The position numbers were made by a program, and so were the translations under genes. From assembly GCA_963851265.1 (NCBI GenBank), contig CAWKNZ010000003.1:96001-160000 (forward strand): a stretch of DNA of 64,000 nt, given 5' to 3'. Below are positions 37,903 to 50,783 of the stretch, piece after piece; position 1 is the stretch's first letter, and each line of letters begins with the position of its first letter. This DNA comes from an uncultured Gemmatimonadales bacterium (GTDB lineage: Bacteria; Gemmatimonadota; Gemmatimonadetes; Gemmatimonadales; Gemmatimonadaceae). The notes under the pieces are model-generated. The model had not been told where the DNA came from and did not search any database. It saw only the letters and a list, made by a program, of their open reading frames with translations.

Positions 37903-39504
37903 GTGCTCGCCGCCCTCCCCGCCCCCCTCGCGCCCCTCCAGCCCGTCGTCGACCGACTGGGCGGACCCCGCCGCGCGCTGATCCTCCTCGTCGGGCTCCT
38001 CACCGCCGGGCTCGTGTTCGGGGTCTCGCGCTGGGCGACCGCGCCGACCTTCGTCCCCGTGTTCGCCAACGTCCCGGTCGAGCAGTCGGGCAAGATGACC
38101 GACAAGCTCGGCGAGGCCGGCATCGAGTACCACCTCGAGAAGGGAGGCACCGAGATCCAGGTGAAGACCGAGGACCTCGCGCGCGCCCGCGTCACGCTCG
38201 CGCGCGACGGCGGCCTGCCCAACGCGGGGCGGCCCGGGCTCGAGCTGTTCGACCAGCCGTCGTGGGGGACGACCGAGTTCACGCAGCGGATCAACTACCG
38301 CCGCGCGCTGGAAGGCGAGTTGGAGCGCACGATCGGCAAGATGCGAGGGATCGAGCAGGCGCAGGTGCACGTCGCGATGCCCGAGACGCAGCTCTTCCGC
38401 CGCGGCGACCGCCCGCTCGAGGCGAGCGTCGTGTTGAAGCTGACCAACGGCGAGCGGCCGAGCGCCGACGTCGTCGAGGGGATGACGCACCTCGTCGCGG
38501 CGAGCGTGGACGGCCTCGCGAGCGACCGCGTGACGATCGTCGACGACGCGGGGCGGATGCTCACGATGGACGGCGAGGCGGGGTCGGTCGCCGGCCTCAC
38601 GAGCCGCCAACTCGCCGTACAGCGCGAGGTCGAGGGTTACCTCGAGAAGAAGGCGCAGGAGATCGTCTCGCAGGTGGTGGGCACCAAGAACGCGCGCGTG
38701 CAGGTGAGTGCACTCGTCAACTTCGACAAGGTCGAGCGCACCGTCGAGGCCGTCGACCCCGACAAGCAGGCGGTCGCGACCGAGCAGAAGGCCGAGATCA
38801 CGCCGGGCGCGCAGGGCGGCGCGGCGAGCACGAACGTCGCGACCAGCTACGAAACGACCAAGAGCACCGAGACTTTCAGCGGCGCGATCGGCAACGTGCG
38901 CCGCCTCACCGTCGCGGTGCTCGTCAACGACAAGCTGTCGACCGGGCCCAAGCCGGCGCCGGTTCCGCGGAGCCCGGTCGAGCTGGCGCGCATCGACACG
39001 CTCGTGCGCAACGCCGTCGGCCTCGACTCCGCGCGCGGCGACAAGTTGAGCGTGGTGAACGTCGCGTTCGACGGCGGCCTCGCGCCGCCGCCGGAGCAGG
39101 CGCCCGACGTGTGGCAGAAGATCTCGGGCGCGGAGAAGCCGCTCGTCACCGGGCTGGCGCTCGCCGCGCTGCTCGTCGTCGCCGTGGTGACGATGCGCGC
39201 GCTCAAGCCGGCGGCGGACCCCGAGGCCGCGGTCGCGGCCCTCACGGCCGGCGCCGCGGGCACCCCGGGCGCGGTCGACGTGGCCGGCGAGGAGATCGCC
39301 GCGGTCGGCACGCCGGCCCTCGCCGCGGGCGGCGACGCCCTCGGCGGCGCACCCGGAGACGGCGCGCTCGGCGCGGGTGCCGAGACGCAAACGGTGCTGC
39401 GCGACTTCAGCAACCCGGTGCGCGACCAGGTCGCCGCGACGATCGAGCAGCGCCCCGAGGCGGCCGCGCGCGTGGTGCGCGCCTGGCTGCGCCAGACCAA
39501 CTGA
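37903..39504 (+). CDS. fliF: Flagellar M-ring protein FliF
   Basis: GLELFD, YRRALEGELERTI, RLTVAVLVN, RGD; two TM helices. Confidence 0.95.
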   Translation: MLAALPAPLAPLQPVVDRLGGPRRALILLVGLLTAGLVFGVSRWATAPTFVPVFANVPVEQSGKMTDKLGEAGIEYHLEKGGTEIQVKTEDLARARVTLARDGGLPNAGRPGLELFDQPSWGTTEFTQRINYRRALEGELERTIGKMRGIEQAQVHVAMPETQLFRRGDRPLEASVVLKLTNGERPSADVVEGMTHLVAASVDGLASDRVTIVDDAGRMLTMDGEAGSVAGLTSRQLAVQREVEGYLEKKAQEIVSQVVGTKNARVQVSALVNFDKVERTVEAVDPDKQAVATEQKAEITPGAQGGAASTNVATSYETTKSTETFSGAIGNVRRLTVAVLVNDKLSTGPKPAPVPRSPVELARIDTLVRNAVGLDSARGDKLSVVNVAFDGGLAPPPEQAPDVWQKISGAEKPLVTGLALAALLVVAVVTMRALKPAADPEAAVAALTAGAAGTPGAVDVAGEEIAAVGTPALAAGGDALGGAPGDGALGAGAETQTVLRDFSNPVRDQVAATIEQRPEAAARVVRAWLRQTN

Positions 39505-39537
39505 CGGGCACCCGGCCCGACGCCTCCCCCACCCGCC

Positions 39538-40560
39538 ATGTCGCTCGCCTTCCCCGCCACGCGCCCCCTCACGGGCCGCCAGAAGCTCGCGGTCGTCTTC
39601 ATGGCGGTCGGCCCCGAAGTCACGGCCACGCTCGGCGCCGAACTCTCGCCCGACGAGATCGAGCAGATCAGCCTCGAGATCGCGCAGACCGAGCGCGTGC
39701 CCGCGGAGGTGACCGAGCAGGTGCTCGCGGAGTGGCTCGAGGCCACGTTAGGCGTCGCCTCGCTGTCGATGGGCGGCATGGAGTTCGCGCGCGAGGTGCT
39801 CGAGCGCGCGTACGGGCGCGCGAAGGCCGAGCAGATGCTCAAGCGCATCCAGAATCAGCTCACCGACACGGTCGGGATGCCGCGGCTACGCAAGCTCGAC
39901 CCGCAGCAGCTCGCGACGACCCTGCGCGGCGAGCACCCGCAGACGGCGGCGCTCGTGCTGTCGCACCTCGAGCCGTCGCACACGGCGGCGATCGTGCGCG
40001 AGTTGCCCGCGGTGTTCGGCGGCGACGTGCTCTACCGCATGGCGAAGATGGAGAAGGTCGCGCCCGAGATGCTGCAGCTGGTCGAGCGGGCGCTGTCGAG
40101 CGACGCGGACCTCACGTTCACGACGGGGATGGCGGCCGCGGGCGGCCCGGCGGCGGTGGCGAGCGTGCTCAACCTCGTCTCCGGCGCGCTCGAGAAGGAG
40201 TTCATCGAGGGGTTCTCGGAGCGCGACGCGACGCTCGCCGAGCAGATCAAGAATCTCATGTTCGTCTTCGAGGACCTCGTCGGGCTCGACGACAAGTCGC
40301 TCCAGCGACTGCTGCGCGAGGTCGACGCGAAGCAGCTCGCGCTGGCGCTCAAGGCCGCCAGCGACGACCTCAAGGCGAAGATCCTCGGCTCGATGTCGCA
40401 GCGCGCGGTCGCCGCGCTCAAGGAGGAGATGGAGTTCATGGGCCCGGTCAAGATGCGCGACGTCGAGACGGCACAGACGACGATCGTCACCCAGGTCCGC
40501 AAGCTCGAAGAGTCCGGCGAGATCGTGCTGAGCGCCGGCGGCGACGACGTGCTCGTCTGA
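39538..40560 (+). CDS. fliG: Flagellar motor switch protein FliG
   Basis: EHPQTAALVLS, MFVFEDL, MSQRA, GPVKMRDVE. Confidence 0.96.
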   Translation: MSLAFPATRPLTGRQKLAVVFMAVGPEVTATLGAELSPDEIEQISLEIAQTERVPAEVTEQVLAEWLEATLGVASLSMGGMEFAREVLERAYGRAKAEQMLKRIQNQLTDTVGMPRLRKLDPQQLATTLRGEHPQTAALVLSHLEPSHTAAIVRELPAVFGGDVLYRMAKMEKVAPEMLQLVERALSSDADLTFTTGMAAAGGPAAVASVLNLVSGALEKEFIEGFSERDATLAEQIKNLMFVFEDLVGLDDKSLQRLLREVDAKQLALALKAASDDLKAKILGSMSQRAVAALKEEMEFMGPVKMRDVETAQTTIVTQVRKLEESGEIVLSAGGDDVLV

Positions 40561-40583
40561 CGGGCTCCCCGCACCGCCTCCCC

Positions 40584-41462
40584 ATGTCGCACAGTCGTCC
40601 GTTCCGCGCGCCCGACGCGTCGCCCTGGCTCCCCGACGCGTGGTTCGCGCCCGAGTTGCCCGACGCCGGCGGGACAGGTGCCGGCGCCGCGCGCGAGCGC
40701 GCACCGGAGCCCTTCGGCGGGTTCGTCGCCGGGTGGGCGGCGGAAGCGGCTGCAGGTGCGGCTGCGGATGCGCGCGTGTCGCCGTCGACTCACGCCCTCG
40801 ACGCCCTGTTGCCCGAGTTCGGGACCGGGTTGGGTCGCGGTGTCGGGCGCCACGGCGACCACGCGCTCGACGCGCTCGCTGCCGAGGCGGCCGACGCGCG
40901 CGAGGCCGAGGTCCGTGCCGAGCTCGCCGAACTGTATGCCGCCGAACTCGCCGCGCGCGACGCCGCACACGGCGAGACGCTCGAACAGGCCTGGGCGGAC
41001 GGACACGCGGCGGGGCACGCGGCCGGCGAAGCGCAGGCACACGCGATGTTCGCCGAGGCGGCCGGCGCGCTCGACGCCGCCGTGCGCGACGTCCAGCACC
41101 ACGAGGAGCGCTGGCTGGGCGATCTGCGCGCGCACGTCGCCGCACTCGCCGTCGCGGTTGCGCAGCACGTGGTCGGGCGCGAGGTCGCGGCCGACGACGC
41201 ACTCGTCGTCGCGCTCGTCGCGCGAGCGGTGGCGGAATTCCCCGCGCAGGAGGCGCTCGTCGCCCGCGTGCACCCCGCCGACCTCGACGCGCTGAAGGCG
41301 GCGTGGGCCGGCGCGGCGCGCGAAGGCGAGGTGCGCTGGACGCCCGACGCGCGCGTCGCGCGCGGCGGCGCCCTCATCGAAGGGCGCGAGCGCATCGTCG
41401 ACGGGCGCGTGGACGCGGCGCTCGAACGGCTGTACCGCGCGCTCGGGGGGCACGCGGCGTGA
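40584..41462 (+). CDS. fliH: Flagellar export protein FliH
   Basis: AxxxG repeats (AWADGHAAGHAAG), RVHPADL, GGALIE..IVDG. Only the 3' part of the 1217-aa track ORF is real. Confidence 0.85.
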   Translation: MSHSRPFRAPDASPWLPDAWFAPELPDAGGTGAGAARERAPEPFGGFVAGWAAEAAAGAAADARVSPSTHALDALLPEFGTGLGRGVGRHGDHALDALAAEAADAREAEVRAELAELYAAELAARDAAHGETLEQAWADGHAAGHAAGEAQAHAMFAEAAGALDAAVRDVQHHEERWLGDLRAHVAALAVAVAQHVVGREVAADDALVVALVARAVAEFPAQEALVARVHPADLDALKAAWAGAAREGEVRWTPDARVARGGALIEGRERIVDGRVDAALERLYRALGGHAA

Positions 41463-42844
41463 ACGGCCGCGTCACGCCGGCCGTCGGCATGCCGTGGGTG
41501 AACACGCCCGGCGACGCCGCCGGCATCATGCGCGCGCTGGCCGTGGTCCCGCGCCTCGCCACGTACGGCAAGGTGACGCGCGTCGTGGGCCTCGTCATCG
41601 AGGCGGCCGGGTTGGACGTCGGGCTCGGCGAGTTGTGCCGCATCACGTCGCTCACCGGTGATCGCTCGGTGCTGGCCGAGGTGGTAGGGTTTCACCAGGG
41701 CGGCGTGCTCCTCATGCCGCTCGGCGAGATGGACGGGCTGCATCCGGGGAGTGCGGTGCGCGCGCTGGGCCGGTCGTTCGGCGTCGACGTCGGCGCGGGC
41801 CTGCTCGGCCGCGTGCTCAACGGACTCGGCCACCCCATCGACGGCCTCGGGAAGCTCGACGTCAACGAGCGCGTCCCGCTCTCCGCCGAGCCGCCCAACC
41901 CGCTCGCGCGCGAGATGGTCGGCGAGGTGCTCGAGACCGGCGTGCGCGCCATCGACGGGTGCCTCACGTTCGGTAGAGGGCAACGCGTCGGGATCTTCGC
42001 CGGCTCGGGGGTGGGCAAGAGCACGCTCCTCGGGATGATCGCGCGCCAGGCGCGCGCCGACGTGAACGTGATCGCGCTACTCGGCGAGCGCGGGCGCGAG
42101 GTGCGCGAGTTCATCGAGCACTCGTTAGGCCCCGAAGGGCTCGCCCGCTCGGTGCTCGTCGTGGCGACCGGCGATCAGGCGGCGCTCGTGCGCGCCCGCG
42201 GCGCGCTCGTCGCGACGGCGATCGCGGAATACTTCCGCGACCAGGGCAAGCAGGTGCTGCTGATGGTCGACTCGGTGACGCGCGTCGCGATGGCGTGGCG
42301 CGAGATCGGCCTCGCCGTCGGCGAGCCGCCGACGACCAAGGGGTACCCGCCGAGCGTGTTCGCCGCGTTGCCGCGGCTGCTCGAACGCGCCGGCAACGGC
42401 GAGCGCGGAGGGATCACGGGCATCTACACCGTGCTCGTCGACGGCGACGACTTCAACGAGCCCGTGGCCGACGCGGCGCGCTCGATCCTCGACGGGCACG
42501 TCGTGCTCACGCGCAAGCTCGCGGCGGCCGGGCACTTCCCGGCGATCGACGTGCTCGACTCCAAGAGCCGCGTGCGCGACCAGATCATCCCGCCCGACCA
42601 GCGCACCGCGGCCAACATGCTGCTGAAGATCGAAGCGGCCTACCGGGAGAAGGAGGATCTGATCCTCGTCGGCGCGTACCAGAAGGGCAGCGACCCGCTG
42701 GTCGACGCCGCGGTCGCGCTCCGCGAGCAGGCGCTCGGCTTCTTCCAGCAGCGACCCGACGAGAGCTCGCCGCTGACGACGACGCGCGCCGCGCTCCGGC
42801 ACCTCAACGTGCAGATCGATGGGTCGACGCGTCGCGCCGCATGA
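41459..42844 (+). CDS. fliI: Flagellar export ATPase FliI
   Basis: GQRVGIFAGSGVGKST, GERGREV, DSVTR, GEPP..GYPPS. Confidence 0.96.
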   Translation: MNGRVTPAVGMPWVNTPGDAAGIMRALAVVPRLATYGKVTRVVGLVIEAAGLDVGLGELCRITSLTGDRSVLAEVVGFHQGGVLLMPLGEMDGLHPGSAVRALGRSFGVDVGAGLLGRVLNGLGHPIDGLGKLDVNERVPLSAEPPNPLAREMVGEVLETGVRAIDGCLTFGRGQRVGIFAGSGVGKSTLLGMIARQARADVNVIALLGERGREVREFIEHSLGPEGLARSVLVVATGDQAALVRARGALVATAIAEYFRDQGKQVLLMVDSVTRVAMAWREIGLAVGEPPTTKGYPPSVFAALPRLLERAGNGERGGITGIYTVLVDGDDFNEPVADAARSILDGHVVLTRKLAAAGHFPAIDVLDSKSRVRDQIIPPDQRTAANMLLKIEAAYREKEDLILVGAYQKGSDPLVDAAVALREQALGFFQQRPDESSPLTTTRAALRHLNVQIDGSTRRAA

Positions 42845-42893
42845 CGACGGCCACGCGCCGTGACGCCGGGCTCGCGCCGCCCGTCCTGACCAC

Positions 42894-43349
42894 GTGTTCC
42901 GCTTTCCCCTCCAACGTGTGCTCGATCTTCGCGAGCGCCAGCAACGCGACGCCGCCGCGGCGCTCGCCTCCGCCCAGGATGTGGCCGACGCCGCACGCCG
43001 CGCCGAGGACGCGGTGCTGAACGCGCGCGCCGAGCTCGCGGCCGTCGGTGCGGCGCACAGCGCCGGCCTGCCGGTTGGCGCGCTGCGCACGACGGCGTTC
43101 CTGCTCGCCCGAATGGACGAGGAGGTGCATGCCGCCGGCGCAGCCGCCGACGCCGCCGCGGCGGCCGTCTCGGACCGCGAGCGCGCCCTCCATACCGCCT
43201 ACCGCGACCGCCGCGCCCTCGACCGGCTGCGCGAACGCCACCACGCGGCGTGGCAGCACGGCGCCGTCACGACCGACCGGCAGAACATGGACGAGATCGC
43301 GCTGACGCGGTTCACGCAGCGCGCGGTCCGCCCCGCCGGCGGCGCCTGA
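42894..43349 (+). CDS. fliJ: Flagellar export chaperone FliJ
   Basis: FRFPLQRVLDLR..DRRALDRLRER..MDEIA; follows fliI. Confidence 0.88.
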   Translation: MFRFPLQRVLDLRERQQRDAAAALASAQDVADAARRAEDAVLNARAELAAVGAAHSAGLPVGALRTTAFLLARMDEEVHAAGAAADAAAAAVSDRERALHTAYRDRRALDRLRERHHAAWQHGAVTTDRQNMDEIALTRFTQRAVRPAGGA

Positions 43350-43398
43350 GCGCCGCCGCCCCGCCCCTTCTCCTTCCCGCGTTCCCCCGCCCCCGCGC

Positions 43399-44108
43399 AT
43401 GCTCCGCCTCATCATGCCCCTCCTCGTCGGGTTCCTGACCGGCCTGAGCGGAGCCACGATCGCCGTCGTGCAGCGTGCCAAGCACGCCGTCGCGCCGTTA
43501 GGCACGGCGCCGGCGGCCGTCGGCGCCGCGGGCCGCTCGGGCGCGACGCCGGCCGCGGCGTCCGCGACCGCGGGAGTCGCCCCCACGCCAACCGCCGCCG
43601 GCGAAGCCGTCGGCGCGCACGGCGAGGCCCCGGTCGCGGCGGAAGTCGCCGACGCACCGCCGGCCGCGAACGCGCCCGCGGCGGATCCACACGCCGCGGC
43701 CGCGCACCCCGCCGAGACCCGCCCGGCCGACGCGCACGTCGCCGCGACGGCGGCGGCGCTGCGCGCCCGGGCAGGGCGCGCGGCGCGCGCGGCACACGAG
43801 GCGCCGGCGCACCCGGGAACCGACGCCCCGACCAAGGCCCCAGCGCCGGCCGCGTCGACGGGCGAGTCGGCGCGGCCCGCCAGCGACCCCGCATCCGGGC
43901 CGCCCGAGCGGCGGCTCGCGAAGTATTTCGGCGCGATGCCGCCGAAGGACGCCGCGAAGATCCTGGAGCAGATGGACGATCGTGACATCCAGACGATCCT
44001 CGGCTACGTCGGCGACCGCCAGGCCGCTGCGATCCTCGGCAACCTCTCGGCGCCGCGCGCGGCGGCGGTCGGGCGCGCAACGCTGCGCACACCGGTCAAA
44101 GGCCGTTG

Positions 44109-44109
<1 letters not shown>
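43399..44109 (+). CDS. MotE/FlbB-like flagellar protein (MgtE N-terminal-like C-domain)
   Basis: N-terminal TM, Ala/Pro linker, LAKYFGAMPPKDAAKILEQM..AAAILGNL. Confidence 0.75.
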
Positions 44110-46332
<2,223 letters not shown>

Positions 46333-46405
46333 CCCGCCGCCTCTCACCGTCGTTCCCCCCGCGCGCCCCGAGGCGGCGGGTCGTTTCTCCCCCGTCCCCA
46401 ACAAC

Positions 46406-46771
46406 ATGCAGCTCCGCCCTCTCAGCGCGGCCGTCGGCTCGGTCGCGACGCCGCCCAGCGCGCCCGCCGCCCCGACCACGCCCAAGGTCACCACGCCCAC
46501 CAGCTCGAGCCCCGGTGGCGCGATGGGGAAAGATCAGTTCCTCCAGCTGCTGGTCGCGCAGATGAAGAACCAGGATCCGGAAAGCCCGATGGACGGCACG
46601 CAGATGGCCGCCCAACTCGCGCAGTTCTCGACCGTCGAGCAGCTGCAGAACGCGAACGACACGCTGACGCAGATCGCGAGCGCGGTCCGCGTTGCGAACG
46701 GCACCACGAGCACGTCCTCCACCGGCGGCTCCACGTCGACCGGCGACACCACGCCGACGACCAGCGCCTAA
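46406..46771 (+). CDS. flgD: Flagellar hook capping protein FlgD (short form)
   Basis: GKDQFLQLLVAQMKNQDPESPMD..QLAQFSTVEQ. Confidence 0.92.
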   Translation: MQLRPLSAAVGSVATPPSAPAAPTTPKVTTPTSSSPGGAMGKDQFLQLLVAQMKNQDPESPMDGTQMAAQLAQFSTVEQLQNANDTLTQIASAVRVANGTTSTSSTGGSTSTGDTTPTTSA

Positions 46772-46893
46772 CACTTCCCGCGCGGCCCGCCGCGCGCGTC
46801 CGGCCGCCCGCCGGGCCGGTCATCCGTCGCGCGCCCAGACGCCCACGCGGGGCGCCCGCGCGCGACGCCACACCCTCCGCCTCACCCCGCCCG

Positions 46894-48459
46894 ATGCTGC
46901 GCTCCCTCTTCGACGGCGTTTCCGGTTTGCGCGCTCAGCAGACCCGTCTTGATGTTATCGGCAACAACATCGCCAACGTTAACACCGTCGCTTTCAAGGC
47001 CGGCCGCGTCACCTTCAAGGAAGGCTTCGCGCAGTTGCTCCAGGGCGCGAGCCGCCCGCCGGGCGACGAGGGCGGGACGGACCCGATCCAGATCGGCCTC
47101 GGGACCCAGATCGGGTCGATCGACCAGCAGTTCACGCAGGGCAACCTCGAGACGACGGGCAACGCCACCGACCTCGCGATCCAGGGGAACTCGCTGTTCG
47201 TCGTCCGGAAGGGCGCGCAGAGCTCCTACACCCGGGCGGGCAACTTCCAGCTCGATGCGACCGGCAAGCTCGTGTCCCCGACGAACGGGTTCGTCGTGCA
47301 GGGCGAGATGTACCAGAACGGCGTGCCGCAGAACAACGGCATCCACGACATCCAGATCCCCTTCGGGCAGAAGATCGCGGCGAAGGCCACCACCAGCGCC
47401 ACGCTCGGCGGCAACCTCGACGCGTCCGCGGCGCAGGTCCCGGCCGGGTTCGACATCGCGAGCGCGACCGACCGGGCGGCGAACCCGACCTCCTACACCG
47501 AGACGTCGCTCACCACCTACGACTCGCTCGGCAACCAGCACAACGTCAAGATCCAGACGTACAAGACCGGGCCGAACGAGTGGGCGTGGCGCCTGGATCC
47601 GACGTCGCCGACGGTGAGCGTCCCGACGACGATCGGCGCGGCCGACTCGAACGGCGCGCACCACTTCTCGATCCCGGCAGTGCCGGCCGGCGAGACCGTG
47701 ACGATGGCCGGCCTAACGACTTCGAGCGGCCAGGCGGTCGACCCGTCCGCGATCAGCTACGACGCGACCACGAACGACTACGTGATCGCGGCGAGCGTGA
47801 ACCTGAACGGGAACCAGTCGGCGACGGCCACGTATTCGATCATGCCGACCGCGCCGGCGGACGCGAGCGGCAAGCCGAGCACCGACCCGTCGACGTACAA
47901 GGGGATCAACGGCGGCGTGTTCTCGTTCGACACGCAGGGGAACCTCGACCCGACGAAGTCGGACATGCCGGTCCTCAAGTTCTCGATCCCGGGCGCGGAC
48001 GACGTCAGCGTGAAGCTGAACCTCGGCGGCGGGGCGTCGGGGCTGACGCAGTTCGCGACGGCCTCGACGGCCGTGCTCCGCGACCAGAACGGCTTCACCG
48101 GCGGCACCTTGCAGAACTTCTCGATCGACCGCTTCGGCGGCATCAACGGCGCCTATTCGAACGGCACGACGGAGCCGATCGGCCGGATCGTGCTCGCCGA
48201 CTTCAACAACGAGGCCGGCCTGCTGCGCACGGGCGACAACATGTACCAGGAGTCGGCGAACTCCGGCGGTCCGGTCCTCGGCTACGCGGGCGAAGGCAGC
48301 CAGTCGGAGGTCACGGCCGGCGCGACGGAGATGTCGAACGTCGACCTCGCGCAGGAGTTCACGAACATGATCGTCGCGCAGCGCGCCTTCCAGGCCAACG
48401 GCAAGGTCATCACGACGAGTGACCAGATGCTGCAGGAGCTGATGCAGGTGAAGCAGTAA
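46894..48459 (+). CDS. flgE: Flagellar hook protein FlgE
   Basis: GNNIANVNT, TRAGNF, YDSLG, EMSNVDLAQEFTNMIVAQRAFQAN. Confidence 0.96.
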   Translation: MLRSLFDGVSGLRAQQTRLDVIGNNIANVNTVAFKAGRVTFKEGFAQLLQGASRPPGDEGGTDPIQIGLGTQIGSIDQQFTQGNLETTGNATDLAIQGNSLFVVRKGAQSSYTRAGNFQLDATGKLVSPTNGFVVQGEMYQNGVPQNNGIHDIQIPFGQKIAAKATTSATLGGNLDASAAQVPAGFDIASATDRAANPTSYTETSLTTYDSLGNQHNVKIQTYKTGPNEWAWRLDPTSPTVSVPTTIGAADSNGAHHFSIPAVPAGETVTMAGLTTSSGQAVDPSAISYDATTNDYVIAASVNLNGNQSATATYSIMPTAPADASGKPSTDPSTYKGINGGVFSFDTQGNLDPTKSDMPVLKFSIPGADDVSVKLNLGGGASGLTQFATASTAVLRDQNGFTGGTLQNFSIDRFGGINGAYSNGTTEPIGRIVLADFNNEAGLLRTGDNMYQESANSGGPVLGYAGEGSQSEVTAGATEMSNVDLAQEFTNMIVAQRAFQANGKVITTSDQMLQELMQVKQ

Positions 48460-48496
48460 ACGCCCGCCCCGGCACGGCCCGGGGCGCGCATCACAG

Positions 48497-48635
48497 CGGC
48501 AATTCTGGCCATGCGCCGGGCGGCAGACGTTGCCGTCCGGCGCGTTCGTTCGTCCGGCTGGCGCGCCGTCGGACATGCGTAAGTGTTTCACAGACAATGG
48601 GTTACGCACATCTCGACGATGGCACCGCCCCTGCT
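48497..48635 (+). promoter_or_regulatory. Sigma54 promoter of fliL with enhancer boxes and IHF-like site
   Basis: CGGCAATTCTGGCCA (48497), CGGCAGACGTTGCCG (48521), CAATGGGTTA (48595), TGGCACCGCCCCTGCT (48620). Confidence 0.75.
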
Positions 48636-48678
48636 TTCTGCGGTCGCGCCCCGCCCTCCCCCTTCTGCCGCCCCGCCC

Positions 48679-49272
48679 GTGTCCGCCGAAGCTCCCTCTC
48701 CTGAAGCCACCGAGCAGCCGCCCACCGGTGCCGGCGGCGCGAAGCCGCTGCCCGTGATCCTCGCCATCGTCGCCGGACTCGCGCTCGGTGCCGGGGCGGG
48801 CGCGTTCGGCGTCGGGCCCGCGCTCGCGAGCGGGATCGTGCCGTCCGCGCCTGCCGCGCACGCCAAACATCACGCGAAGGCGGACGAGGCCGACAGCAGC
48901 GAGGCAGACACCCCCGAGGACGAGGCGGGCGACGCGGCTGCCGACAAGAAGGGCGGAAAGGAAGGTGCGACCGCGTCGGTCTACACCATCGACAACCTCG
49001 TGCTCAACCCGGCCGGCTCGGGCGGCACGCGCTTCCTGCTGCTCTCGATCGCGTTCGAGATGAAGGACGCGGCGGCGCTCGAGTCGCTCAAGTCGCGCGA
49101 CGCGGAGCTGCGCGACGCCATCCTCGTCACACTCGGGGCCAAGACGGTCGAGCAGCTCTCGGACATGGTCTCGCGCGACTCGTTGAAGACCGAGCTGCGC
49201 GCGGCGACGGCGAAGGCGCTCCACACGCGCGGCGTACGACGCGTGTACTTCCCGCAGTTCGTCATTCAGTAG
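48679..49272 (+). CDS. fliL: Flagellar basal-body protein FliL
   Basis: One TM; LVLNPA..RFL..LRDAIL..VYFPQFVIQ. Start moved to GTG 48679, downstream of the promoter. Confidence 0.9.
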   Translation: MSAEAPSPEATEQPPTGAGGAKPLPVILAIVAGLALGAGAGAFGVGPALASGIVPSAPAAHAKHHAKADEADSSEADTPEDEAGDAAADKKGGKEGATASVYTIDNLVLNPAGSGGTRFLLLSIAFEMKDAAALESLKSRDAELRDAILVTLGAKTVEQLSDMVSRDSLKTELRAATAKALHTRGVRRVYFPQFVIQ

Positions 49273-49285
49273 GCCCGGCCGCGCG

Positions 49286-50308
49286 ATGAAGTCGATTTCG
49301 CAGAACGACATCGACCGCCTGCTCGGCAGTACCGGCGGCGCGATGTCGCAGTCGGCTCCGGCGGCCGGCGGTTCGGGAGCCGCGTTCGACATGGATGCGG
49401 ACGTGCAGGCGTACGACTTCCGCCGCCCGCACCGCGTCAGCAAGGAGCGCCTCCGAACGCTCGAGGCGATGTACGAGCGCATGGTCAAGGCGCTCGAGGG
49501 GTGGCTCATCTCGCGCGTGCGCGGCAACGTCGAGATGCGCCTGCAGAACGTCGAACAGTTCACCTTCGGCGAGTTCACGCAGTCGCTCCCCACGCCGAGC
49601 GCCACCTACATCTTCGAGGTGCTGAACTCGGGCGGGGCGCAGGGCGTGGTGGACGTCGGCGGCGAGCTCGCGTACTTCCTCGTCGATCGCCTGTTCGGCG
49701 GCAGCGGCCAGTCGACGATTCTCACCCGCGCGTTGTCGCCCGTGGAGCGTCTCGCGTTGCGCACCGTGGCCGAGCGCACGTGCCAGCTGCTGGAGGAGAT
49801 CTGGCAGGACCACGTGCCGCTCACGCTCGGCGTGACCGGGTTCGAGTCGAGCCCCGAGATCCTGCAGATCGCCAACCGCGAGGACCCGGTGCTCGTGGCG
49901 AACGTCGAGGTGAACGTCGGGCAGGCCAGCTCGCTGCTGCTCGTCTGTCTGCCGTTCGCCGTGCTGGAGAAGTTCTTCCAGGGCACCGGCCAGCGCCGAG
50001 CGAGTGGCTCGGCGGGCACGGAGCGCGAGCGCGACGAGGCGCGCGAACGGGCCGAGCGGGCCTTGCGCGCCACGCCGGTACCCGTGTCGGCGCGGCTGCC
50101 GGCGTTCAACCTCTCGCTCCGCGAGCTCGCCGCGCTCGTGCCGGGCGAGGTGCTCGCCACGGGCGTGCCGCGCGACGCCGAGCTGCTGGTGCTCGTCGGC
50201 GGGCGCCCCCGCTATACCGGATCGCCGGGCCGCATCGGGCGCCGGCTCGCGGTGCGCCTGCACGACCTCGCCGCGCCCGCGGGCGCCGGCGACGAGCCCG
50301 ATGCCTGA
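49286..50308 (+). CDS. fliM: Flagellar motor switch protein FliM
   Basis: ISQNDIDRLL, YDFRRP, LFGG; C-terminal SpoA domain. Confidence 0.93.
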   Translation: MKSISQNDIDRLLGSTGGAMSQSAPAAGGSGAAFDMDADVQAYDFRRPHRVSKERLRTLEAMYERMVKALEGWLISRVRGNVEMRLQNVEQFTFGEFTQSLPTPSATYIFEVLNSGGAQGVVDVGGELAYFLVDRLFGGSGQSTILTRALSPVERLALRTVAERTCQLLEEIWQDHVPLTLGVTGFESSPEILQIANREDPVLVANVEVNVGQASSLLLVCLPFAVLEKFFQGTGQRRASGSAGTERERDEARERAERALRATPVPVSARLPAFNLSLRELAALVPGEVLATGVPRDAELLVLVGGRPRYTGSPGRIGRRLAVRLHDLAAPAGAGDEPDA

Positions 50309-50347
50309 CGCCATCCCAGTTCCCCCGCCTTTCTTCCTGCCCCCCGG

Positions 50348-50746
50348 ATGAACCCCGCAGAGATCGACGCGCTCGTCGCGAGCGTGCAGGCCGCGAAGGC
50401 CAGCGGCCAGCCGGTCGCCCCACCGGCCCCGCCCCCCCCGGCCAGCTACGACCCGGACTTCGGCACCACGCCAGCGTCCGGCGGCAGCGAGATCCCGTTA
50501 GGCATGATCTTCGACCTCTCGCTGCCCGTCTCGATCGAGCTCGGGCGGACGTCGATGACCGTGCAGGAAATCCTGCGTCTCGGGCGCGGGTCGGTGATTC
50601 AGCTCGACCGCCTCGCGGGCGAGCCGATCGACATCTACGTCGGCGAGCGCAAGTTCGCCGAGGGCGAAGTGGTGGTGCTCGGCGAGCACTTCGGCGTGCG
50701 GATCGTGCGGATCTTCGCCGGGGCGACGTCGGCGCTCGCGGCGTGA
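50348..50746 (+). CDS. fliN: Flagellar motor switch protein FliN
   Basis: IELGRT..GSVIQLDRLAGEP..GEVVV..FGVRI. Confidence 0.93.
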   Translation: MNPAEIDALVASVQAAKASGQPVAPPAPPPPASYDPDFGTTPASGGSEIPLGMIFDLSLPVSIELGRTSMTVQEILRLGRGSVIQLDRLAGEPIDIYVGERKFAEGEVVVLGEHFGVRIVRIFAGATSALAA

Positions 50747-50783
50747 CCGGCCCCGCCACGTCCAGGCTCGACATGTCCGCGCG

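Noticed and set aside
37809..41462. 1217-aa ORF as a giant novel protein
   Set aside because: Arg-rich shadow frame over fliF and fliG; only the last ~292 codons (FliH) are real.
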